This document shows, piece after piece, positions 1-8,238 of a DNA stretch of 32,000 nucleotides. The position numbers and the translations under genes are program-made. The stretch's first letter is position 1. Each line of letters begins with the position of its first letter. The notes under the pieces are model-generated. The model did no database searches, was not told the origin of the DNA, and was given only the letters and a program-made list of their open reading frames with translations. This DNA is from Aliivibrio fischeri ES114 (GTDB lineage Bacteria; Pseudomonadota; Gammaproteobacteria; Enterobacterales; Vibrionaceae), in assembly GCF_000011805.1 (NCBI RefSeq), contig NC_006840.2; one strand, written 5' to 3'.

Positions 1-720
1 GTAGAAAAGGCAATAAATTATTGTTTAGATTGCCTACGTTACAATGGACAAGTTATTGGGCGTGAACTGCCAGTTGTGATGAAAGGAACAAACTTTGTTG
101 CTCGTGTTGTTTGTCCTGAAGTAGATTCATTACATCCAGACAATCACAGCCCACAAGTGAAATTAGCTTTCAAACAACTGAGTGAATTTGGATTATTACA
201 ACCTAAGGTTAAAGTGGTTGGCCAAGACATGAATTCAGATCCTAGTGATGAGAGTGAAACCGTTAGTTGGCAAATACTTTATACTAGCCATTTACATACA
301 TGTTCGCCTATTCGACATGGTGAAACATTTCAACCTATTCCATTATATCGTTTACCTGCGGTGGCTAATGGTGACCAAAAGCAGCTTATTAAATGGCAAG
401 AAGATTGGAGTGCATGTGATCAATTACAGATGAATGGCTCTGTTGTTGAGCATCCTTCATTACATGAGATCAGTTCAAGCAAAAGTCACCTATTCAAACG
501 TGGTTGGGATTTGTGTCGTCGTATGGCGGTGGTAAGTGGTATTCCAACGTATCTATACATTTATCGTGTGGCTGGCGAGAGTAAAGAGAAAGAGCAAGCA
601 CGTCGTTGCCCTGTGTGTGATGGAGATTGGGCTTTAAAAGAACCGCTTCATGAAGTGTTTGATTTCAAATGTGATGAGTGCTTACTAGTAAGTAATTTGT
701 CTTGGGACTTTAAAGACTAA
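1..720 (+). CDS. Zn-ribbon-containing protein, DUF2310-like, 5' truncated by the window edge
   Basis: Frame is open from base 1 (VEKAINYCLDCLRYNGQVIGRELPVV...) into the listed ORF, so the GTG at 76 is not the real start. C-terminal CPVCDGDW...CDECLLVSN zinc ribbon. Confidence 0.75.
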   Translation, partial: VEKAINYCLDCLRYNGQVIGRELPVVMKGTNFVARVVCPEVDSLHPDNHSPQVKLAFKQLSEFGLLQPKVKVVGQDMNSDPSDESETVSWQILYTSHLHTCSPIRHGETFQPIPLYRLPAVANGDQKQLIKWQEDWSACDQLQMNGSVVEHPSLHEISSSKSHLFKRGWDLCRRMAVVSGIPTYLYIYRVAGESKEKEQARRCPVCDGDWALKEPLHEVFDFKCDECLLVSNLSWDFKD

Positions 721-761
721 GTTCAGTTGAATAAAAATGGGAGCCTAGATGCTCCCATTTT

Positions 762-1211
762 TTATATCTTGGCTTTGGCTAAAATACGATCAAGCTGGTT
801 TGCAAACTCTCTACGTTCTGTCTGAGAAAGAGGGGCTGGGCCACCAGTTTGAATGCCACTGGCACGCATTGTATCCATAAAATCACGGATATTTAATCGA
901 GCTTTAATCGTCGCTTCTGTATATAGCTCACCACGAGGGTTGAGCACTTGTACTTTCTTTTCAATGAGCTCTGCAGCTAATGGGATATCGGCGCTGATCA
1001 CCAAATCGCCTGCTTCAGATCGTTTTACGATTTCATCATCAGCAACATCAAATCCCGCTTCTACCTGCATAGAACGAATATTGGCTGCACTTGGTACAGG
1101 AATATAATGGTTAGCCACTAAAGTTAATTGAATTCCAGTTCGAGTTGCAGCACGAAATAGCACTTCTTTTACCACTTTTGGACATGCATCAGCATCTACC
1201 CAAATTTGCAT
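762..1211 (-). CDS. yaiI: YaiI/YqxD family protein (UPF0178)
   Basis: [22 protein letters not shown]... with [24 protein letters not shown], characteristic of the family. Confidence 0.85.
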   Translation of the reverse strand: MQIWVDADACPKVVKEVLFRAATRTGIQLTLVANHYIPVPSAANIRSMQVEAGFDVADDEIVKRSEAGDLVISADIPLAAELIEKKVQVLNPRGELYTEATIKARLNIRDFMDTMRASGIQTGGPAPLSQTERREFANQLDRILAKAKI

Positions 1212-1480
1212 TATTTATTCTCCAAAGCAATCAAGCGTTCTGTTAGCTCTTTTACTTGTTCTTCAAGTTGAGCAATACGTTCGTCTGCGGTTAATGAGGT
1301 TTCTCGAACTTCTATTTTGGGTACATGGGAAGTCGATTTAAAAGATTTTACCGCAGCAATAATCGCAGGCATTGGTATTTGGGTCGTTAAACGAGCTCGC
1401 ACTAGCGCTGTTGTTGGTTTTTTACCTTCATTGGTTAAATCTTGTAGGACTTTTTGCAGTTCATCCGTTACGTTTTTCAT
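1211..1480 (-). CDS. Small putative DNA-binding/coiled-coil protein, KfrA-N-like
   Basis: 89 aa: helical N-terminus ([17 protein letters not shown]) and C-terminal coiled coil ([25 protein letters not shown]). Stop codon overlaps the yaiI ATG by 1 nt, suggesting coupling. Confidence 0.55.
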   Translation of the reverse strand: MKNVTDELQKVLQDLTNEGKKPTTALVRARLTTQIPMPAIIAAVKSFKSTSHVPKIEVRETSLTADERIAQLEEQVKELTERLIALENK

Positions 1481-1632
1481 TGTGACTTCCTATATTTCAG
1501 CTTTGCTTATAATAACGAATTCTATATACCGATCCAAATAAGTATTATTCTTTCTTAAAACTACAAAAGTGTGAACAAGATCGGTTTCTGTTTTCCTTTG
1601 TAACCTGATAAAAGTGGAAAAAACGGAATAGG

Positions 1633-1656
1633 CTTGTGCGAGATCTCTCACGCAAG
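1633..1656. promoter_or_regulatory. Candidate GacA/UvrY/VarA response-regulator binding site upstream of the csrB-like RNA
   Basis: Near-perfect palindrome CTTGTGCGAGATCTCTCACGCAAG, similar to the TGTRAGAGATCTCTTACA-type site, about 150 bp upstream of the inferred RNA start. Confidence 0.6.
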
Positions 1657-1796
1657 AGGTGAGAAATATCGTTTTTTTCATCATAAATATTGATGTGGCT
1701 ATATTTAACTTGTTGTTAATTAAGTTTTTTTGTTTTTTTGAATCGATTGGGATAAAAATAAAGATAAAAAATATGCTGCTAGACTATTGTTCAAAA

Positions 1797-2241
1797 AAGT
1801 CAAAAGCGTAGTCTTATTGGTGTCGGAAGGATACTGACACGGAACAGGAACTAGCCAAGGATTTGGTAAGCTTCAGGATGAAGCATTCGGTTATTTAGGA
1901 TGAATAATCGGCAAGGAAAGCAAAGGACATTGAACGGACGCAATAGTAACTAGGATGGTTGCTACTAAGGAAGACAATGGATACCTCTAGGATAGAGGAA
2001 GGACTGAACATCAGGATGATGTAAGGGACACCGCTCACGGAACAAGTGAAGAGAGTTAACGACGGACTGTTAACGGATCAGGATAAGATCAAGGACACCG
2101 CTAGGACGGCGACGAACGGAATAAGCTGAAGGAATCAGCATACTATCATGGATTTGATGCATGGAGCACCACTTAGTAGCCGGACTGCTGCGAGTAGAGT
2201 TATAACCCCATTAAGCGAGAGCTTGGTGGGGTTTTTCTTTT
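1797..2241 (+). ncRNA. csrB: CsrB-family CsrA-sequestering small RNA (approximate 5' end)
   Basis: No credible ORF; about 29 GGA motifs in about 440 nt, many as AGGA or CGGA (e.g. CAGGATG, TTAGGATG, CTAGGAT, TAGGACGG), ending in a strong intrinsic terminator. Confidence 0.88.
2205..2241 (+). terminator. Intrinsic terminator of the csrB-like RNA
   Basis: ACCCCATTAAGCGAGAGCTTGGTGGGGTTTTTC: ACCCCA...AAGC/GCTT...TGGGGT stem plus T-run. Confidence 0.9.
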
Positions 2242-2349
2242 TCTAGGCCATCATTATCACTTGTATACCCACCGAACACGCTCATTCTCTAGTTTAAAAA
2301 AACATCAATTCATCTAGATCACATTTTTAATCGCTAAATTATCAATATT

Positions 2350-2365
2350 CGTGAGTTGAATCATA
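2350..2365. promoter_or_regulatory. Candidate CRP-like site upstream of the PTS operon
   Basis: CGTGA-GTTGAA-TCATA, close to TGTGA-N6-TCACA. Confidence 0.45.
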
Positions 2366-2383
2366 TTTGCTCAATTATGATAT

Positions 2384-2408
2384 GTAACCGGTTACTGAAA
2401 CCGGTTAC
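2384..2408. promoter_or_regulatory. Tandem LacI/GalR-family operators
   Basis: GTAACCGGTTAC (2384-2395, perfect palindrome) and GAAACCGGTTAC (2397-2408). Both share the central AACCGGTT typical of LacI-family operators; a LacI-family gene is in the same locus. Confidence 0.7.
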
Positions 2409-2464
2409 ATTTCTCCTCAGTGAATAAAAGTTAATAAATTTATAATTCTAATTAGGGGTGAACA

Positions 2465-3820
2465 ATGGGTACTCAAGCGGTAAATTTGCAAAGTACTATC
2501 ATGGAAAAGGTGAATAAATTCCTACCTAAAATTTTAAAGGTTGTGAATTCAAAACCGATCGTAGCGATTAAAGAAGGCTTCATGTTAACAATGCCATTGA
2601 CCATTATAGGTTCAGTGTTTTTGTTATTGGCGTTTGTACCTATTGATGGTTACAACGAGTTTATGGCTGGAATTTTTGGAGCAGAATGGTCAACACCATT
2701 GTTTCAAGTTGTAGGGGCAACATTTGATATTTTGGCACTAATTGGTGCTTTTGGTATTGCGTATACTTACGTTAAATATGAAGGACATAATGGTGTAAAT
2801 GCGGGGGTATTAGCCATTGTTTCTCTTCTTATTGTAATGAATGCCTTTGTTGTCGCACCTGATGGTGTAACTCAAATTGGTGGCGTAATACCGAAAGCCT
2901 TTCTTGGTGGTAAAGGTATGATCGCAGCAATCGTGATTGGTTTAGTTGTTGGTATTATTTATTCAATGGCCTTTAATCGTAATTGGGTTATCAAACTACC
3001 TGATAGTGTGCCTGAAGGGGTATCCAATGCATTTAAATCGCTTATTCCTGGTTTTCTTATTATCACTCTTGCTTTCTTAACGTATATCTTCTTTGAAGTT
3101 GTATTTGAAAGAACCTTTATTGAAACCATTTATCATATTATTCAAACACCACTACAAAGCATGTCTGATTCATTCTTTGGAGCGGTTGGTATTGCTTTGC
3201 TTATTTCTCTGCTTTGGTGGTGTGGTGTTCATGGTCCAGTTATTGTTATGGGCATCATGGGACCAATCGTGACTGCGAACGCACTTCATAATCAATCTAT
3301 CGTTAATGCAGGCGAAGCATTGATTGCTGGCGAAAATGGCAAAGTGGTAACTAACCAGTTTGTTGACCAATTCATTACTGTTGGCGGTTCAGGTCTAACG
3401 TTTGGTTTAGTGTGCTGTATGGTGTTATTTGCTCGTTCTATTCAGTTCAAACAACTTGGTCGTCTTTCTTTTATCCCAGGTATTTTCAATATCAATGAAC
3501 CTGTGATTTTTGCAACTCCAATTATCTTTAACCCAATCATGTTTATTCCATTTGTAACAGCACCAGTGCTATCAGCAATTATGGTTTATACGTCAATTAA
3601 TATGGGATTTGTTGGTCCATTTACCGCAGTTCAAGTGCCTTGGACAACGCCTATGGTGCTTAGCGGATTCATCGTTGGTGGTTGGAGTGCAGCATTACTA
3701 CAAATAGCCGTGTTCTGTATGACAGTGTGCGTTTATTTCCCATTCTTTAAATATCAAGACAAGTTAGCAGCTCAAGATGAAGCAAAGGCAGCAGCGCCAA
3801 CATCACAAGCAACAGCTTAA
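2465..3820 (+). CDS. PTS lactose/cellobiose-family transporter subunit IIC
   Basis: 451 aa multi-TM protein with family-typical segments (KVNKFLPKILKVVNSKPIVAIKEGFMLTMPLTIIGSVFLLL; WWCGVHGPVIVMGIMGP; FNINEPVIFATPIIFNP). Confidence 0.93.
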   Translation: MGTQAVNLQSTIMEKVNKFLPKILKVVNSKPIVAIKEGFMLTMPLTIIGSVFLLLAFVPIDGYNEFMAGIFGAEWSTPLFQVVGATFDILALIGAFGIAYTYVKYEGHNGVNAGVLAIVSLLIVMNAFVVAPDGVTQIGGVIPKAFLGGKGMIAAIVIGLVVGIIYSMAFNRNWVIKLPDSVPEGVSNAFKSLIPGFLIITLAFLTYIFFEVVFERTFIETIYHIIQTPLQSMSDSFFGAVGIALLISLLWWCGVHGPVIVMGIMGPIVTANALHNQSIVNAGEALIAGENGKVVTNQFVDQFITVGGSGLTFGLVCCMVLFARSIQFKQLGRLSFIPGIFNINEPVIFATPIIFNPIMFIPFVTAPVLSAIMVYTSINMGFVGPFTAVQVPWTTPMVLSGFIVGGWSAALLQIAVFCMTVCVYFPFFKYQDKLAAQDEAKAAAPTSQATA

Positions 3821-3852
3821 TTAAAACAGATTAGATGAGTATCGAGGTTATT

Positions 3853-4158
3853 ATGAAAAAGATTTTATTACTATGTGCAGCAGGTATGTCTACGTCAATG
3901 GTTGTAAAAAAAATGCGTGAATCAGCAGAACAAAAAGGACTAGATATTCATATCGAAGCCCACGGTGTTGAAACGATTCAAGACTATTTATCTGAATATG
4001 ATTTATTCCTATTAGGGCCACAAATTCGTTTTAAAAAAGATGAACTTCAGAAACTGGCAGATGAAGTAAATAAGAAAGTCGAAGTCATCGACATGATGGA
4101 TTACGGCATGATGAAAGGCGAGAAGATTCTAAATGATGCATTGGCTCTTTTAGACTAA
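3853..4158 (+). CDS. PTS lactose/cellobiose-family subunit IIB
   Basis: MKKILLLCAAGMSTSMVVKKMRESA phospho-cysteine loop. ATG at 3853 preceded by GAGG is preferred over the ORF start at 3835. Confidence 0.92.
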   Translation: MKKILLLCAAGMSTSMVVKKMRESAEQKGLDIHIEAHGVETIQDYLSEYDLFLLGPQIRFKKDELQKLADEVNKKVEVIDMMDYGMMKGEKILNDALALLD

Positions 4159-4197
4159 CAATATTCAGTTGGCTACAGTAATAGACAGGAATTTGAA

Positions 4198-5607
4198 ATG
4201 AAATTTGCACATGATTTTTTATTTGGCGCAGCAACCGCTTCTTATCAAGTGGAAGGCGCGTGGGATCAAGATGGTAAAGGTCCTACAAACTGGGATGAGT
4301 TTACTAAAATACCAGGAAAAACGTTTGAAGGAACTAACGGTGATGTCGCGGTTGATCATTACAATCGTTATAAAGAAGACATCGCTTTAATGGCGGAAAT
4401 GGGGTTAGAGTCATACCGTTTTTCAATTTCTTGGGCTCGTATTTTCCCAAATGGAACGGGTGAAATTAACCAAAAAGGCATCGATTTTTATAATAATCTG
4501 ATCGATGAATGTTTGAAATATGGCATTGTTCCTTTTGTTACCCTATATCACTGGGATCTGCCATTAGCACTAGAAAAAGAAGGTGCATGGTTAAATAAAG
4601 CAACGGGCGATGCGTATGTCGAGTTCGCTAAATTATGTTTCAACGAATTCGGTGACCGTGTTAAGCATTTTATAACGTTTAATGAAACGGTTGTGTTCTG
4701 TGCTCTAGGATATATGGCAGGCGCACACCCACCAGGCATTCAAAATGACCCGAAAAAATACTTCCAAGCAACACATAACGTATTTTACGCTCATGCTAAA
4801 GCAGTGATTGAATATAAAAAATTAAATCAATTTGGTGAGATTGGTTTGAGTCATGTATTTAGCCCTGCATTTGGGGTTGATGATTCTGAAGAGAGTCACT
4901 TTGCTGCAATGCATGCGAATCAATTTAGTATGAACTGGTTCTATGATCCTATTTTGCTTGGTAAATACCCAGAGTATGTAGTTAAGCAATTACAAGAAGA
5001 AGGTAACCTTCCTGATTGGACGGATGAAGAGCTACAAACTATTTTTGAAGCCGCACCTTTGAATGACTTTATGGGATTGAATTATTACCAGCCTCAGCGT
5101 GTAGAGAAAATTCAAGGGGATGTTGAAGCTCGTACGATTACACGAGAAAACTCAACGGGCTCACCTGGTAACCCTAGTTACGATAATGTGTACCGTACTG
5201 TGAAAATGGCAGATAAAAAGTACACGAAATGGGATTGGGAAATTTCACCTGAAGGGTTTGTTGGCGGATTAGAAATGCTGAAAGAGCACTATGGTCAAAT
5301 TAAACTCTACATCACGGAAAATGGTTTAGGTGATGAAGATCCAATCATTGAAGGTGAAGTGTGCGATATTCCACGTATTAATTTTATTAAAGAGCACTTA
5401 GGTGCGGTAAAAGAAGCGGTTCGTCGTGGTGTTCATATTAAAGGGTATTACGCTTGGTCTGCCATTGACTTATTAAGTTGGTTAAATGGTTATAAAAAGC
5501 AATATGGTTTTATCTATGTAGATCATCAAAATGGATTGGCTCGTAAGAAAAAAGCATCATTCCACTGGTTTAAAGATGTCATAGCCACTCGTGGTGAAGA
5601 TATTTAA
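4198..5607 (+). CDS. GH1 6-phospho-beta-glucosidase
   Basis: FLFGAATASYQVEGAW; acid/base FNE; nucleophile YITENG; WSAIDLLSWLNGYKKQYGFIYVD has the S...K-x-Y pattern associated with 6-phospho-substrate GH1 enzymes. PTS gene context. Confidence 0.9.
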   Translation: MKFAHDFLFGAATASYQVEGAWDQDGKGPTNWDEFTKIPGKTFEGTNGDVAVDHYNRYKEDIALMAEMGLESYRFSISWARIFPNGTGEINQKGIDFYNNLIDECLKYGIVPFVTLYHWDLPLALEKEGAWLNKATGDAYVEFAKLCFNEFGDRVKHFITFNETVVFCALGYMAGAHPPGIQNDPKKYFQATHNVFYAHAKAVIEYKKLNQFGEIGLSHVFSPAFGVDDSEESHFAAMHANQFSMNWFYDPILLGKYPEYVVKQLQEEGNLPDWTDEELQTIFEAAPLNDFMGLNYYQPQRVEKIQGDVEARTITRENSTGSPGNPSYDNVYRTVKMADKKYTKWDWEISPEGFVGGLEMLKEHYGQIKLYITENGLGDEDPIIEGEVCDIPRINFIKEHLGAVKEAVRRGVHIKGYYAWSAIDLLSWLNGYKKQYGFIYVDHQNGLARKKKASFHWFKDVIATRGEDI

Positions 5608-5633
5608 CTGAAATAAAGAGAGAAGTTCGCATT

Positions 5634-6569
5634 ATGGCAACGTACATTTCGTTTGATATTGGTGGTACAGACATAAAGTTTGGCGTGTTAAATGAACAAG
5701 GAAAAGTTCTTGAGCAAGGGAAAGTGAAAACTGAAACTTGCGGAGAAAAAATCATTGCCACTCTTGTGGATATAAAAGAGCAGTGGTCAAAAAAGTATAC
5801 GTTCGATGGTGCAGCTTTCTCTCTTCCTGGATTTGTAGATGTAAACACAGGGTATTTAAAAACGGGTGGAGCAATTGATGATTTCTACGGTTTTCAATTT
5901 AAAGATGAATTAACCAAGAAGTTATCGTTACCTGTTGAATTAGAGAATGATGTTAACTGTGTAGCGCTTGCTGAAAAATGGCTCGGTAAAGCACAACATG
6001 TTGAGAATTTTATCTGTATTACGATAGGCACAGGTATTGGTGGTGCTATCTATATTAATAATCAAATGGTTCGAGGTCATGGCTTTATGGCTGGAGAGTT
6101 TGGTTATATGTTTACAAGAAATGTATTTGATATTGAAGATAAAGCAACAGCAAGTATGAGTTTTACTGCATCAGTCAGAGAAGGGTTAAGACGTCGTTAT
6201 TCAACATTAAAAAATATTAATAGTATTGATAATATATCAGGAAAAGATATTTTTGAACTCGCATCAACAGGTGATGAAGTAGCAATAAAAGTAATTGATG
6301 ACTTTTATAATAATATTGCTATCGGTTTATATAACCTTACGTTTATTTTAAATCCAGAAAAAATAATTATTGGTGGAGCGATAAGTAGTCGAGAAGATTT
6401 GATTTCTAATATTGAAAAGAAATTTAATCAGATTATTAAAAGCCAAAGTTCAATTAATGAATTTAATGTTAAAGAGTTAGTTTCCATTGAGAAAAGTACA
6501 TTTAATAATGACAGTGGATTAATTGGAGCGGTATATCACTTTTTAACAATGAAAAACAAATTTAAATAG
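5634..6569 (+). CDS. ROK-family sugar kinase (glucose/beta-glucoside kinase-like)
   Basis: ISFDIGGTDIKFGVLNEQG ATP-binding motif, NDVNCVALAE, GTGIGGAIYINNQMVRGHGFMAGEFGYM. Confidence 0.88.
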   Translation: MATYISFDIGGTDIKFGVLNEQGKVLEQGKVKTETCGEKIIATLVDIKEQWSKKYTFDGAAFSLPGFVDVNTGYLKTGGAIDDFYGFQFKDELTKKLSLPVELENDVNCVALAEKWLGKAQHVENFICITIGTGIGGAIYINNQMVRGHGFMAGEFGYMFTRNVFDIEDKATASMSFTASVREGLRRRYSTLKNINSIDNISGKDIFELASTGDEVAIKVIDDFYNNIAIGLYNLTFILNPEKIIIGGAISSREDLISNIEKKFNQIIKSQSSINEFNVKELVSIEKSTFNNDSGLIGAVYHFLTMKNKFK

Positions 6570-6580
6570 GAATAAAGAAT

Positions 6581-6904
6581 ATGCTAGTCGGTGAAGAGTT
6601 AGAAACTACAGTAATGGAACTTATTATTAATGCAGGTGAATCTAAATCATGTGCAATGGAAGCGTTACGAGCAGCAAAATCTGGCGAATGGGATAAAGTT
6701 GATGATCTTTTAAAGCAATCAGCTGAAGCTTCGAAAAGAGCGCATGATGTGCAAACACAGCTTATTGGCATGGATGAGGGAGAAGGAAAAGTGCCTGTAA
6801 ATTTAATTATGGTGCACGCCCAAGATCATATTATGACCTCTATGCTTGCAAAAGAGATGATTCAAGAGCTAATTGAGATTCATCGCGCGTTGCAGAATAA
6901 ATAA
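6581..6904 (+). CDS. PTS lactose/cellobiose-family subunit IIA
   Basis: ELIINAGESKSCAMEALRAAKSGEWDKVDDLLKQSAEASKRAHDVQTQLI...LIMVHAQDHIMTSMLAKEMIQELIEIH; active-site H in VHAQDH. Confidence 0.9.
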   Translation: MLVGEELETTVMELIINAGESKSCAMEALRAAKSGEWDKVDDLLKQSAEASKRAHDVQTQLIGMDEGEGKVPVNLIMVHAQDHIMTSMLAKEMIQELIEIHRALQNK

Positions 6905-6914
6905 TAAAGTGTAT

Positions 6915-6946
6915 TTAGCGTAATAACTTAGCTATTATTACGCTAA
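6915..6946 (+). other. Perfect 12-bp stem hairpin between the IIA gene and the LacI-family regulator
   Basis: TTAGCGTAATAA-cttagcta-TTATTACGCTAA; no long T-run, so a weak terminator, attenuator or mRNA-stabilising element. Confidence 0.6.
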
Positions 6947-6973
6947 TTTCATCTACATATTTTTGAGGGCTCA

Positions 6974-7978
6974 ATGGCAACAATCAATGACGTATGTAAG
7001 CTTGCAGGTGTTTCTAAAGCGACCGTTTCTCGAGTAATGAATGGAAAAGGTCCAGTAAAAGAAGAAACAAAAAAACTGATTTTTGATGCAATGGAAACAT
7101 TAGACTATAAACCGAGCCTTGTCGCTCAAGCATTGGCAACAAATAGTTCTAATAGTATTGGCCTTATTGTGTCGTTCTTTGATGGTTATTATTTTGGTAT
7201 TTTACTCAAAGAAGCGACAAGAATTGCAGAAGAATCAGGAAAGCAATTAATCGTCACTGACGGTCATAATCAAGTTGAAACTGAGATCGAAGCCATTAAT
7301 TCACTAGTGGCAAGAAAGTGTGATGCTATTTTAATTTATAGTCGCACGATGACGGCTGATGATTATTGCGAAATTCAGAAAAAACTGCCGATCCCACTTG
7401 TTGTTATTAATCGAACCTTACCTGATGGCTTAGGGCACGCAGTTGCTTTTGACCAATATAATGCAAGTCAAATGGCTATTGAGCATCTTGTTGGATTAGG
7501 GCATAAAAACATTGCGATTATCACCCTTAATATGACATCAAGTACTGGTCAAATTCGCTTGAAAGGAGCGAAAGAAACGCTTGAAAAACATGGTATTGCT
7601 TATGATGATAACTTAACCATAATAAAGAATGGTAAGTTAGAAGATGGGTATCAAGCATGTAAAGAGTTGCTGAAGCGTTCACAAGATATTTCTGCTATTT
7701 TTTGTTTTAATGATCATTTAGCACTCGGTGCAATTAAAGCCTTAAAAGAGATGAATATTCGTGTTCCTGAAGATATTTCCATCGTTGGGATAGATAATGA
7801 TGAGATTTCTGCATTTTTATCTCCAGCGTTAACAACGATTAATATTCCTATTCAAAAAGTAACTCAGTTGGCAATGGATAAAGCATTGAGATTGATTTCT
7901 GATAAAGAAGTAAAAGCAACAACTGAAATATTAAAAGGTAATATAATTGTTCGTGAATCAACAAAGAATATTAATTAA
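6974..7978 (+). CDS. LacI/GalR-family transcriptional regulator
   Basis: MATINDVCKLAGVSKATVSRVMNGKGPVKEETKKLIFDAMETLDYKPS HTH, followed by a periplasmic-binding-like domain. Confidence 0.94.
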   Translation: MATINDVCKLAGVSKATVSRVMNGKGPVKEETKKLIFDAMETLDYKPSLVAQALATNSSNSIGLIVSFFDGYYFGILLKEATRIAEESGKQLIVTDGHNQVETEIEAINSLVARKCDAILIYSRTMTADDYCEIQKKLPIPLVVINRTLPDGLGHAVAFDQYNASQMAIEHLVGLGHKNIAIITLNMTSSTGQIRLKGAKETLEKHGIAYDDNLTIIKNGKLEDGYQACKELLKRSQDISAIFCFNDHLALGAIKALKEMNIRVPEDISIVGIDNDEISAFLSPALTTINIPIQKVTQLAMDKALRLISDKEVKATTEILKGNIIVRESTKNIN

Positions 7979-7996
7979 ACTATTTTATTTTTAATT

Positions 7997-8024
7997 AAGC
8001 ATCGATTAATTGGTGCTTTTTTAT
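7997..8024 (+). terminator. Intrinsic terminator after the LacI-type regulator
   Basis: AAGCATC-gattaattt-GGTGCTT followed by TTTTTATTTTT. Confidence 0.7.
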
Positions 8025-8238
8025 TTTTATTGGATAGATACCTCTTAAAAAGCTAAAAATAAAATATATATAAATATAAAACGTGCGTGATCAGGTTAAT
8101 ATTTAAAAATTATAACTATTGAATGTTAATAATATAACAGTAAATAATTTAATTAGTTCATGAATGAGTCGTAAATATAATTCGATAATATTCATGATGA
8201 TTTTAAATTGCTGCTTTAATATTTATTAAGGAATTATA

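Noticed and set aside
853-1107. ORF antisense to yaiI (84 aa)
   Set aside because: Mirror of a well-supported conserved gene; no recognisable domain or separate expression signal.
1490-1684. 64-aa minus-strand ORF upstream of csrB
   Set aside because: Low-complexity spacer overlapping the presumed csrB regulatory palindrome; no homology-like motifs.
1801-2200. Recurrent short GGA-containing motifs resembling a repeat or CRISPR-like array
   Set aside because: Motifs are only 3-7 nt, irregularly spaced, with no fixed repeat/spacer lengths; CsrA-binding motifs of a CsrB-type RNA explain them better.
4548-4739. Antisense ORFs inside the GH1 gene and the other short ORFs inside core genes
   Set aside because: Typical shadow ORFs without RBS or domain support.
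8081-8100. Possible CRP site GCGTGA-tcaggt-TAAT upstream of the porin
   Set aside because: Only one half-site resembles the consensus; too weak to call.
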